From Patescibacteria group bacterium (GTDB taxonomy: Bacteria; Patescibacteriota; Kazan-3B-28): 64,000 nt of DNA. Each line of letters starts with the position of its first letter. The first letter of the stretch is position 1. The position numbers and the translations under genes are program-made. This document shows, piece by piece, positions 1 to 11,879 of this stretch. Below the pieces are notes generated by a model. The model ran no database searches. It saw only the letters and a list, made by a program, of their open reading frames with translations, and was not told the DNA's origin. The stretch covers positions 27,668 to 91,667 of the forward strand of contig JAWKSK010000001.1 of the NCBI GenBank assembly GCA_041389145.1. The letters run 5' to 3'.

Positions 1-3000
1 GACTTTGTTGAGTATAGAGCTCGATTCTTGAAATGGCGAAAAAAATCCAATCGGCCCAAGTAATTTATTTGCGTCTCTAATGGTTATAGCAACTCCTCCG
101 GGTATGCTAATGTTTGGGAATATTTTGCTTGAATCTTGCTCAAACAATATTATTCCTAGGTGTTCATCATTCAGCATTTTTTTGTTCCAATCTTTAGGGG
201 TTTGACCAGCATCAAATAAAAATCTAGCAGGAGTAATAAGACAAACCACATCCGAGATTTTAAACGATTCTTCCATGAAATAAGGATAAATAGGGTTGTC
301 TCTGCCATTGCCCGTTTTCTCCTGGTATGAGGGTTCCAACAATTGCTGTGAATCTCATGGTTTTATCCTTATTGAATTTACACTTAAATCTTTCTGGATG
401 TCATATTCTTTGTGTTTTCCCTTGTGTTGAAGTTTAGTGGTTAGATCCTCGATATAAATTATATTTGTCTTTGCATTCTGATTGTAACCCGCAAGGGTAC
501 GTTTAGTGATACTCTGTGCCATGGGGCTTTTGCAAAGCACATATACATTCTCTTCCAATACCTCATTCCATAGTTTTTTGTGAATCTTGAATTCAGACTC
601 TTTACGATTTCGTTTTAACTTCCGTGAGTATATATTATAAGCCACCAAGAGAGGGTAAAGTCCTGATTTAGCATTAATTTCTAATATCTTCGTGTCTTCT
701 TTCTCCCATATACTTGTATCTAAGTCTTTACTTATCCATACAGGTTTGCCGGATTTACCGTCTACTTCTCCACTGCTAAAGTTATGGCCTCCAAATGCTT
801 TAGTTAAATGCAAGTTAACTACATTCCACGGAGTAAGAACCGTTTCTTTATCTGGGTTTTTAAAGGTGTTGAATATTTCTGCGATTGCATTTATTCTTTC
901 CGTCGGCAACAAGTTATCACAATCAAATGCTTTTGCGCGAATACTGTGTGCAACTCCTTTAAAGACGTCCTCGTCATAGTATTTAATAAAATCTCTAAAT
1001 TTATCTTTGGTGAGGCCTTTCGGCATAAACTCATTCCAAGACTCGTTATCAATAAGTTTGATAAACTTTTGCAGTGTAATATCTTCACGAATCGATACAT
1101 TTGCGCCATAAACGAGCATTGGCATACGAATGCTTACTGCTCGCAAGATACTAATAGCATCTTGTTTCTGCTTGCGAGCTTCCTTAAGCTTTTTTATTGC
1201 TTCTACCTCCTCGGTCGACAGATCCTTGTTCTGTTTTAATTTTTTCTCTGCTGCTTCGGCGACTTTTTCAAGAGGGCTGTCTAGGCCTATTTCGTTTACT
1301 TTAATTTCATTTATTCGCTCAGAAGTTGCAGAACCTATGACAGACTTGAGGTCATTGAACTTAATAATGTCAACTTCTTCAAGTTTTAATAGTTCGTCGT
1401 TGTATAGTTTCGGATCATCAAACCCATTACGACTAACCCGTTCGATAATTGCTTTCTTGAGTTGCCCAAGCATGCTTTCAACGTCATATTGCTTCATCCT
1501 TCCCTTTCTGCTGCAAGAATTGGACAGAAATTAGAAACTGTTCCATTGCATCTTTTTGAGCTGGAGAATTTGTTTTGCCTGATTTGTGGTTGAGTTCAAC
1601 CGCTTCTGCTATGAGCCGGAGGGTGCGATCCGGTGCAAAATCAAATACATAACCTTGCTTTTAGTTTACCGCTTATTCTAGCTGGTGTTTGGCAGCGAAA
1701 TGCGGTCTGGAGATACGTTGTTGCTGATGCTGTGTCCGACATCATAAATACAGCTGTCCACTGTGGAATAGAGGCAATCCAGTGGTAAGACGCTGACCCG
1801 TTAAGGTGATAGTATAGTCGTGATCACTGATAGCTCTTAAAACGCGGCTTTTTGCATCCGTATCTTGTTCATCGTCGTGATTGTTTCCAGAAATATTGAC
1901 TACCCCGAATTTACCAAAACGGCGTGGTCTTTAAGCAACTTCTCCATAGCTTCTATTACCATAACCCTATTTGGTAGCAGCCAAAGTGAATGTTTATTGT
2001 AATCCCGGTACTTTTCTATGGAGTAAGAGAATTTAGTTTTCGAGAGCTGTTTGCGAGAAGATCCAAAAACTTTTTTACCATTGGTTCGTGAACAAATTCT
2101 GAAACATCATTCCCTTCATTATCCTTACGAACTCGGAAGAACTCGTGGAATTTAAACGCTCCATCTAACGAATCATGAAAACTATCTCCTAGGCTGCCAA
2201 TATGATTAGAAAAAGTGTCGATGTCATATGTAAGAATACTTAGAGAGGGAAGATCCGCGTATGGATTTGGGGTGCCAGGATTTAGCTTATCCCAGTTTAC
2301 TTTTGCCTCCTGTTCCATTACATAGTCCCAAGTGTAGATGTCCTCCTCCTCGTGTTTATGGAGAATATTGAAAGGTGTCCCAGAAAGCTGGAGAGTAAAT
2401 TTGGTGTGTATTTTTGACAGGGTAGTGTCACCCAATTGGCTTTGAGTGCCTTCGTGAGCTTCGTCAACAATTAGCATATCCCAAGTTGTATCAAATACTT
2501 CTTCATTCTTATCAAACCCCTTTGCATCAGTTCCTGACATCTTATCCACGACTATTAGTTTAGAAAGTCGCAGGTCTTGTAGTGAGGCAAAATAAACAAA
2601 TGGTTTATTTATTTTGGTAAGTCTACTTATTTTTTCACCTTGCTCCTTAGAAGAATACTCGTAATTTTCGCCGGCCAGTACCTTGTTAAAATCATCAAAC
2701 CAGTCTGATCGTACGCTTGGGCGATGAGTTACGATTAAGACTTTTTTCATGTTATTGTCTTTTGCAACCTGCATTGCTGCGGAAGTTTTACGCAAAACGC
2801 ATTTTTGCATTCCAGAGGAAGTGCTTGCGATTCTTCCTAATCGCCTTGGTAGTCTGTTGGATCGCATCTAACTGGTTTGGGCGGAAAACAAAGGGTCTTT
2901 CAGCTGATATTTTTCTCTCTTGTGTAGTTAGAGCTGCTCTACCTTCTTTAACAGCTTGAATGGCGTGTTTGACAATTTCCAAATCTATCTCAAACCATTC

Positions 3001-3332
3001 TGAACGAGCATTATTAGTTTCAGATTTTCGCTCGAAACCTGAACGAATCAACACATTGTGGACGTCTGTATCTGAAAAATAGTCGTTATTGTTTGTTACT
3101 GCTAGTTCAGCGTGTTCCAAGACAAATAGAACGTCCGCTGTCTTGGTCTGTTGATTAATTCTGGTACGAGCGGCTAGATTAATGTCATCTGTGCTTGGAT
3201 TATCAGACTCTAATGTGGCACTACCGATTTTTAACCTTCCTTTTAGGAATCTCCGGGGATTGAATATACGTAAACCACACCGTAAGAGAAGGTGTTTGTT
3301 ATCGATCTACTAGACTCAGGTCGTGTATTCAT
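1..3332 (-). pseudogene. Decayed multidomain defence-type enzyme: GIY-YIG/T5orf172-like N-domain, SF2 DEAH helicase, helicase-C and an N6-MTase-like C-region. At least 5 frameshifts or stops. Runs off the left edge.
   Basis: Own minus-strand translation. ATG at 3332 gives MNTRPESS..YGVVYVYSIPGDS*, then a frame change to LKGRLKIGSAT..SEWFEIDLE. RPNQLDAI is followed by FLWNAKMRFA*, and the Walker-A remnant (..RKTSAAMQ) is readable only in the next frame (1-nt insertion near 2795). MLIVDEAHEG and LSGTPF are present. Region 1500-2015 has no ORF but reads TAVFMMSDTASATTYLQTAFRCQTP across stops. An in-frame TGA at 355-357 is followed by LLEPSYQEK..ITPARFLFDAGQTPKDWNKKML. Confidence 0.8.
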
Positions 3333-3392
3333 AGTCAGCTGGGTAGTCCATTATGGATTCAAGTATTCCCATTATACCCCAGCACTAGACTG

Positions 3393-3791
3393 TTATTTGT
3401 TTATCCTTTTCTCCACTGCAATCTTCTCGTTCTTGAGAAATTTGTATTGGAGGGATTCTGGGTCAAAGTTCTTAGAGGAGAGTTCTTTTTCTATGTATTC
3501 TAGATAGGTTTGAAGGTTTAGGGTGGTTAGTTCTTTGGTTTCATCTACGGATAAGGCCATGATATCTAAGCTATTAGTAGCATTATCCATTTGGATAACT
3601 GCATTTCTAATAGTATAGGTATCGGTATGGGTACCGGCCATGATTCTCATTTCTCCAAACTGAGCAGAAGTTACCATGGTGGCATGGTGATTAAGGATGG
3701 AGATTGGTCCCGCATCTGTTTGAACCCAAACACCATCGATTTCCTTATTATCGAAAAGTTTTACGTCTGGAGTGGTGAGTGTGAGTTTCAT
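3393..3791 (-). CDS. atpC: F1 ATP synthase subunit epsilon
   Basis: 132 aa, last gene of the atp operon directly after atpD; typical epsilon length and beta-sandwich/helical layout. Confidence 0.85.
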   Translation of the reverse strand: MKLTLTTPDVKLFDNKEIDGVWVQTDAGPISILNHHATMVTSAQFGEMRIMAGTHTDTYTIRNAVIQMDNATNSLDIMALSVDETKELTTLNLQTYLEYIEKELSSKNFDPESLQYKFLKNEKIAVEKRINK

Positions 3792-3799
3792 GGTATTTT

Positions 3800-3823
3800 A
3801 ACGGCTCATTTTAGTGAGCCGTT
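3800..3823. repeat. REP-like hairpin AACGGCTCA-N6-TGAGCCGTT, copy 1, in the atpD-atpC intergenic gap
   Basis: 9-bp perfect stem. The same 24-25 nt recur at 14391-14414 and 45549-45572. No U-tract on the minus strand here. Confidence 0.8.
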
Positions 3824-3827
3824 GATT

Positions 3828-6109
<2,282 letters not shown>

Positions 6110-6110
6110 G

Positions 6111-6701
6111 TTAAAGCGTTCTAAATGATGACCAAAAGTCTTTAAATGTGGTGTCTACGTCCAGACCTGCCTCTGCATTGCTGGACCCAGTAATAACGTA
6201 GGTAGTTTTCCCAACCGGAATAAATACTTCAACCCATTTAACTGATTCCCCTACAATTTCGGTGTTTTGAACTTGTGCGTTCATGCCGTTTACAGTGATT
6301 GGGAAATTGGTCTGCATTTTTTGATTGTCATCAAATTGATTAAACGAATTTCTCATTAGGCTGACTTGGCTTTGGTTTTCATAGACATCTACGGTCCAGC
6401 CAGTTACTGCGTTAGGATTTGCAGTGGATGGATATGAAAAGTTGAATGAATAGTGTAGAGGATCACCTATTTGAGCACCAGTTGACTCTACGGTCCAAGG
6501 CGCATTGGTCGGTGGAAGGGATTTAGGGTATTTGATTTCAAATCCGAGATCAGTGTTTGTGTATGTCTGCCAAGTACTGGGTGCAGAATCAACAACTTTC
6601 ACGACACCGTCTGGACCTGAAGAAAAGCCATTCTGGTTAAATGCAATATAGAGGGCCCCAATAATCACCACTAATCCAATAAATAGATATTTTTTCTTCA
6701 T
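6111..6701 (-). CDS. Membrane-anchored or secreted hypothetical protein inserted between atpA and atpG
   Basis: 196 aa; N-terminal MKKKYLFIGLVVIIGALYIAF anchor. 1-nt gaps to the atpA stop (6703) and the atpG start (6109). Backbone-like composition. Confidence 0.75.
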   Translation of the reverse strand: MKKKYLFIGLVVIIGALYIAFNQNGFSSGPDGVVKVVDSAPSTWQTYTNTDLGFEIKYPKSLPPTNAPWTVESTGAQIGDPLHYSFNFSYPSTANPNAVTGWTVDVYENQSQVSLMRNSFNQFDDNQKMQTNFPITVNGMNAQVQNTEIVGESVKWVEVFIPVGKTTYVITGSSNAEAGLDVDTTFKDFWSSFRTL

Positions 6702-6702
6702 C

Positions 6703-8214
6703 TTATTTTGTTAGCACGGCTTCAATATGAGTTTTAAGCATGTCTTCTGCTTTGTCGGTAAGTTCCTTTTCGAGTTCAATAATTTGAATTAAGTCCTTAC
6801 CTTTCTGGGCAACATGACGGAAGAGTTCTTCAATTTTGGTAGGAATCTCTTTGGAGTCCACGGGATCGAGATAGCCACGGGAGGCGGCGTAGAGCACGAC
6901 TACTTCCTGCCAGAGGTTATAGGGTTCTCCAGCATCCTGGTTGAAGGCAGTAACGATACTTTTACCACGGTTTAAGGTAGCTTTGGTGGATTCATCTAAA
7001 TCAGAGGCAAACTGAGAGAAGGATTCCAGCTCGTAGTACTGAGCAAGGTCCAACTTCACGGTACCGGCCACCTTTTTCATGATTTTGGTCTGAGCTGCAC
7101 CTCCTACACGAGATACTGAGATTCCCACGTCGATAGCTGGACGAATACCCTTGTTGAACAAGGTACCGTTTAAGAAGATTTGACCATCGGTAATGGAGAT
7201 AACGTTGGTAGGAATGTAGGCAGAAACGTCTCCGGCTTGAGTTTCAATAATAGGCAGAGCGGTAATAGAACCACCACCGTAATCTTTGTTTAACTTTACG
7301 GCACGTTCCAACAAGCGGGAGTGAAGGTAGAAGACATCTCCAGGGTAAGCTTCACGTCCTGGAGGACGCTTCAAAAGCAAGGAAATTTCACGATAGGAAA
7401 CAGCATGCTTGGAAAGATCATCGTAAATTACCAATACGTCTAAGCCTTTATCAGCAAAGAATTCGGCAACAGCAGCACCAGCGTATGGAGCTAAGAACTG
7501 CATCGCTGCAGATGAGCTGGCAGGAGCAGAAACGATAATGGTGTAATCCATAGCTTCGGCATCTGCTAACTGCTGGTAGACCTGAGCAAGTTTGGATTCA
7601 CGTTGACCAATAGCAACATAGACACAGACAACCTTGCTACTCTTCTGGTTAATGATGGTATCAATAGCTAAGGTAGTTTTACCAGTCTGACGGTCACCAA
7701 TGATGAGCTCACGCTGACCTCTTCCAATTGGAACCAAGGCATCGATAGAGGTGTAGCCGGTTTGGAGTGGCTGGTTAACGGATTCACGAGCCATTACACC
7801 TGGGGCAATCTTTTCAATTGGATAGTTGTCGGTAGTCTTGATAGTTCCTCTACCATCTAGTGGGTTACCCAAAGGATCGATAACACGAGAAACTAATCCT
7901 TCTCCAACTGGAATGTTTAACAAATTACCAGATGAGGTAACAAAAGCACCTTCGGCAACTACGCTGGCATCTCCTAAAATAAGAGCTTTAGCAACACCTT
8001 GCTCTAGGTTCATGACCAGAGCTTTTACATCGGTATCTTTTATGGAAATAATCTCACTCATCAACAGCTGGGGCATGCCTTCAATGGTGATAACACCATC
8101 GGCTACGGAAGTAACGATACCGTGATGTTGTTTACCAGAAGTTGTAGCCTTGTCTTTGACGAGCACGGCTTCGACTTGGCGTAAAAATTCAGTTAGTTGT
8201 TTGTCTTGAGCCAT
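6703..8214 (-). CDS. atpA: F1 ATP synthase subunit alpha
   Basis: 503 aa; Walker A GDRQTGKT; strong alpha-subunit motifs throughout. Confidence 0.97.
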   Translation of the reverse strand: MAQDKQLTEFLRQVEAVLVKDKATTSGKQHHGIVTSVADGVITIEGMPQLLMSEIISIKDTDVKALVMNLEQGVAKALILGDASVVAEGAFVTSSGNLLNIPVGEGLVSRVIDPLGNPLDGRGTIKTTDNYPIEKIAPGVMARESVNQPLQTGYTSIDALVPIGRGQRELIIGDRQTGKTTLAIDTIINQKSSKVVCVYVAIGQRESKLAQVYQQLADAEAMDYTIIVSAPASSSAAMQFLAPYAGAAVAEFFADKGLDVLVIYDDLSKHAVSYREISLLLKRPPGREAYPGDVFYLHSRLLERAVKLNKDYGGGSITALPIIETQAGDVSAYIPTNVISITDGQIFLNGTLFNKGIRPAIDVGISVSRVGGAAQTKIMKKVAGTVKLDLAQYYELESFSQFASDLDESTKATLNRGKSIVTAFNQDAGEPYNLWQEVVVLYAASRGYLDPVDSKEIPTKIEELFRHVAQKGKDLIQIIELEKELTDKAEDMLKTHIEAVLTK

Positions 8215-8219
8215 AGTAG

Positions 8220-8768
8220 TTATTTAGTTAGAGATGCAATTGCTTTTATCTTACCAAGCCAGGATTTATCAATAAGCTGACCATTCTTGTACACCAGGAT
8301 GCCACCTAGTAAGGAGGTGTCTGTGATGAAGACGGCAAAATCCTGTTTAAAGTGTTTACGTACCTGAACTTTTAGTTCAGGGGTTAAATCAGTTGGAGTT
8401 TTAACCACCACACTACCTAGCTGAGGAGCTAGTTTTTTTACCAATGCAGAAAGGGCAGATTGAACCTGGTGAGTAGTGCTAGTTTCCAAGAGATGAGCAA
8501 GCCACTTGGTAGCTGGGCTTTGCTTTCTTAAAACGTCCAGCACTTGATCTTTGTCTTTGGTAGACATCAGATTAAGTTCAGCTGGAAGGTTATCAAAAGC
8601 TGGTAAGACTTCGGTATTCAAAAAAGTAACGAAGTTTTTGGCTAGCGATTTTGCAGGGGTAGATAAATGATATGTAGAACCAGAAGTAACTCCACCAATA
8701 AGTTCAGCAACTGCTTGGGTGGAAGCTCCTGTATCTGCAGCGTAAGCAACTAAGAGTCCGGCAATCAT
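8220..8768 (-). CDS. atpH: ATP synthase subunit delta (OSCP)
   Basis: 182 aa; position between atpF and atpA; C-terminal LLGGILVYKNGQLIDKS motif. Confidence 0.8.
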   Translation of the reverse strand: MIAGLLVAYAADTGASTQAVAELIGGVTSGSTYHLSTPAKSLAKNFVTFLNTEVLPAFDNLPAELNLMSTKDKDQVLDVLRKQSPATKWLAHLLETSTTHQVQSALSALVKKLAPQLGSVVVKTPTDLTPELKVQVRKHFKQDFAVFITDTSLLGGILVYKNGQLIDKSWLGKIKAIASLTK

Positions 8769-9274
8769 GATGCGACCTCCTCTCTGGCTTCAGACCAGGC
8801 TTGTTCAACACTGGCTTTGACATCTGCAGGGTCTACTTTATCACTTAGAATTTTCACCAAAACGCGTTGCATCATGGCAATCATTTCCCCTTCAGTATCG
8901 GCAATTAGCCGGTTCTTTTCTTCACGGATTAACTTTCTGGCTTCTTGAATAAGCGCATCTTTGCGTAACTCTGCTTCTTGCAAGAGTTCTGCTTTAGCTT
9001 TCGCCATATCTGCTTCTAGAAGTTCTCGATCTGAATCAAGCTTGGCTTCTAGCTCCACTTTTTCTTGCTGACTACGAGTTAAAACACCTTCCAATTCAGA
9101 TTGGAGTTTTTCTGCAGTTTGAAGGTTGTTTTCAATCTGGGATCTACGTTCATCAATTGCTTTAATTAGCTTAGGAAATACAAAGTAAGCCAATACAGCC
9201 CACAATATTCCAAAGTTAATAATGTAGATAACTAGTCCCCAAAGATCGATTCCTAGCTTAGCAAGACTTTCCAT
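8765..9274 (-). CDS. atpF: Fo ATP synthase subunit b
   Basis: 169 aa; one N-terminal TM helix then a long charged coiled coil; operon position. Confidence 0.85.
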   Translation of the reverse strand: MESLAKLGIDLWGLVIYIINFGILWAVLAYFVFPKLIKAIDERRSQIENNLQTAEKLQSELEGVLTRSQQEKVELEAKLDSDRELLEADMAKAKAELLQEAELRKDALIQEARKLIREEKNRLIADTEGEMIAMMQRVLVKILSDKVDPADVKASVEQAWSEAREEVAS

Positions 9275-9337
9275 ATAGATAATCCGTTAATGATTTGAGG
9301 GAGAACTAAGAAGTGTTCTACCCTCGATGCATGCGCC

Positions 9338-9568
9338 TTAGACAGCGAATAGAATGATAAGAGAAACAACTAAACAGAAAATAGCGATGGATTCGATAAT
9401 AGCCATCGACACAATCATGTTAGTGAAAATCTTATCGGCTGCTTCTGGGTTGCGTCCAATACCTTCAATACCACGAGCTGCAATCATACCTTCGGCAAGA
9501 GCAGGGCTAATGGAACCAACGGCCATACAACCAGCGGCTGCGATCAACTTAATAGCTTCAATTTCCAT
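9338..9568 (-). CDS. atpE: Fo ATP synthase subunit c
   Basis: 76 aa hairpin proteolipid; GIGRNPEA loop and a carboxylate (E) in helix 2. Confidence 0.93.
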   Translation of the reverse strand: MEIEAIKLIAAAGCMAVGSISPALAEGMIAARGIEGIGRNPEAADKIFTNMIVSMAIIESIAIFCLVVSLIILFAV

Positions 9569-9652
9569 AATGTTGATTGATAATATTTTTCTTATATATT
9601 TCGACCAAATGCAGACCCACTAGTCTACTAGCAGATCCAAACTTGATCAAAA

Positions 9653-10435
9653 TTAATGGTGCTTGGCAGCGGCAGCGTTAGCTAGCCTGGATAGATACTG
9701 AATAGATAACAGACTGAAGACTACTGCCTGAATTAATCCCACAAACATCCCCAACGCATAGAGCGGTATGGGGACGATAAAGCTAGTATAGGTAGAAATA
9801 CCAATGACCACAATAGCCATCAGTTCACCGGCAAAGATGTTTCCAAAGAGACGGGCAGAGATGGAAATGAGCTTGGCAATTTCATCGATAATCTCAAGAA
9901 GTCCCAAGAATGCCTGAAGAATGAAATTCATAAAGTCTGGGAAGGATCTAATCTTAAAAAAGTCCTCTACTTTAAAGTAGTGACCTAAGTGGGTTCTGGG
10001 AGAGATAGATAAGGCAATTAAATGGGAAGTGACAAGCACTAAGGCACCTAGGGCAATAGTAAAGGCAAAGTGAGTAGTTGGGACTCTAAAGATAAATTCA
10101 TGATCCAGAACCACGTTTAGAAATGGGAGGGTCATGAACTGGTTCGAGATAAAGATTGCAAAGAATAAGGTAACGATGAGTGGAAGTATCCGTTTTGCCA
10201 TTTGGGGATCGTTGAAACCCAGATCAATTCGCTCCTTGAACCATAAAATTACACTCTCTACTGCAACCTGAGCTCTGGTGGGAACAATCTTTGACTGATT
10301 GGCGATTAATACCCCAGCTACCACCATAAGGATACTGATAAACAAGAATGCCAAATGAGCATTGGTGATATCAACTGGCCCAAGGTGGAATATTACCTCA
10401 GGTTGGAGTCCTAAATGATGACCAGATTCTGCCAT
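9653..10435 (-). CDS. atpB: Fo ATP synthase subunit a
   Basis: 260 aa polytopic protein; SISARLFGNIFAGE contains the conserved Arg motif. Confidence 0.92.
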   Translation of the reverse strand: MAESGHHLGLQPEVIFHLGPVDITNAHLAFLFISILMVVAGVLIANQSKIVPTRAQVAVESVILWFKERIDLGFNDPQMAKRILPLIVTLFFAIFISNQFMTLPFLNVVLDHEFIFRVPTTHFAFTIALGALVLVTSHLIALSISPRTHLGHYFKVEDFFKIRSFPDFMNFILQAFLGLLEIIDEIAKLISISARLFGNIFAGELMAIVVIGISTYTSFIVPIPLYALGMFVGLIQAVVFSLLSIQYLSRLANAAAAKHH

Positions 10436-10438
10436 TGA

Positions 10439-10684
10439 CTAGAGTTTAAAGCGGTTTTTGAGACGTTTATAGATAATAAACTGGCTAACTGGGAATGCAA
10501 TCACTACTCCACCTATAAATAACCAGGGGGTAGTAGAAAATTGATTATCTAAATATTTACCAATAACTGCAAATATAAAAACTACTACTAGAATGGTTAG
10601 GGTTGCTTCAATCCAGCGTTTGGGTGCATCTGCAACGAAGCGGTGTGCTTGATCCTGAATTTCTTGTGGAGTTTTGTTTTGCAT
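10439..10684 (-). CDS. AtpZ/AtpI-like small membrane protein, first gene of the atp operon
   Basis: 81 aa with 2 predicted TM helices, immediately upstream of atpB. Confidence 0.6.
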   Translation of the reverse strand: MQNKTPQEIQDQAHRFVADAPKRWIEATLTILVVVFIFAVIGKYLDNQFSTTPWLFIGGVVIAFPVSQFIIYKRLKNRFKL

Positions 10685-10717
10685 ATGACAGCCTCCAAGT
10701 TAGCACAGTTACTCGAG

Positions 10718-10754
10718 AAATAAAAGAAAAAGAGTGGCCAGGGGACGGCCACTC
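10718..10754 (-). terminator. Intrinsic terminator after the 10808-11320 gene
   Basis: Minus strand GAGTGGCC-gtcccct-GGCCACTC followed by TTTTTCTTTTATTT. Confidence 0.8.
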
Positions 10755-10807
10755 GGAGGGTTGAGATGAAAGGGGATAGCTTATTTACCCCCTCCATGGG
10801 GTGCAAG

Positions 10808-11320
10808 TTACGCAGAAGCGGACTGAGTAGCAGCAGAATCCATTCTGCGGCGTTCAACCACTTCCGTGACGAATCCTGGCTGGTTGGCCTCAATTCGTCG
10901 AGTGATGGTAACGAGGATGGGAAGTTCCTTGATCTGAGGAAAGACTTCTTCGAGCTCGTTAACCATGCGGATGACATCAATTCGATGCTGCTCCAGGTCA
11001 CATGGGTGTCCAGCACACTCTTCGTGGACATCCAGATGAAGGCAACAGGTTGGGTGAGCAGTCATGTAGATGCTCATATCAGCAAGGAAAGATGCCTTGC
11101 GATGTCCTTTGGTGACTCCAAACTGAGGGTCGCCATGAGGAGCTTCGGGGTCAAAATCTGCCTTGAAGTAGGCATCCGGACCAGGTGCGGTAAGAGTATC
11201 GAAGTTGATAACTTCAGGAAACTCTTGTGTACGCAGCTCGTCAGTTGGATCCTGTACGCGACCGTCACCACAGGTGATGGTAAGACCGATTGAACCGTCT
11301 AGTCGTTGATCGTAAGCCAT
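10808..11320 (-). CDS. Hypothetical Cys/His-rich protein (GC-richer unit)
   Basis: 170 aa; TCGDGR plus AHPTCCLHLDVHEECAGHPCD, a possible metal site loosely like the CxDxR/HxxC pair. Followed by its own terminator. Confidence 0.65.
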   Translation of the reverse strand: MAYDQRLDGSIGLTITCGDGRVQDPTDELRTQEFPEVINFDTLTAPGPDAYFKADFDPEAPHGDPQFGVTKGHRKASFLADMSIYMTAHPTCCLHLDVHEECAGHPCDLEQHRIDVIRMVNELEEVFPQIKELPILVTITRRIEANQPGFVTEVVERRRMDSAATQSASA

Positions 11321-11393
11321 ATTTCCCTAACCTGAATTGAATAATATTCGCCTGAGCGACAATATTGAAGTTACTCCTAATTTAAAAAACTGT

Positions 11394-11876
11394 CTAGAGG
11401 ATGGCTGAGAGAATAAAGGCGATGAGGAAGGTAAAGCCTAGAAGTAGGTTAGTAATTACACCTGCTAAACTGCCAATCACTCCCCCAACTCCAGCCCTTA
11501 AAGCAAGATGATCGGGCTTGTAGTCGTTGATTTCTGAAGCTACTACCCCTAAGAACATCCCAATAACCCCTCCAAAGGGTGGGAAGGTAAAGATTCCAAT
11601 CATAAGTCCAACCATTCCCCAACCAATAGATTTAGCTGAGGCACCTCCTAATTTGGCTCCCAGTAATCCAGAGAAGTAGTCGACGAAGAGAGAAAGGATA
11701 AGAATGATGGTAAGGATAGCCAACTCTCCCCTCTCTATTACGTTAAAGCTGGTAGTTAAGGCATAGATAACACCTAGTACCCACATATATGGGATACCTG
11801 GGAACATGGGAAGAATAATTCCAGCTAGACCTGGAAGCATAAGGGCTAAGGTGATAAAGAAAAATAAAATATCCAT
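11394..11876 (-). CDS. DUF456-family membrane protein
   Basis: 160 aa, 4 TM helices; N-terminal LPGLAGIILPMFPGIPYMW pattern. Confidence 0.7.
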   Translation of the reverse strand: MDILFFFITLALMLPGLAGIILPMFPGIPYMWVLGVIYALTTSFNVIERGELAILTIILILSLFVDYFSGLLGAKLGGASAKSIGWGMVGLMIGIFTFPPFGGVIGMFLGVVASEINDYKPDHLALRAGVGGVIGSLAGVITNLLLGFTFLIAFILSAIL

Positions 11877-11879
11877 AGA

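Noticed and set aside
355-357. In-frame TGA as evidence for UGA recoding (genetic code 25 or 4).
   Set aside because: Large housekeeping ORFs such as atpA, atpD, gyrB, pheT and pyrG are intact under the standard code. The surrounding gene has multiple independent frameshifts, so this is a nonsense mutation in a pseudogene.
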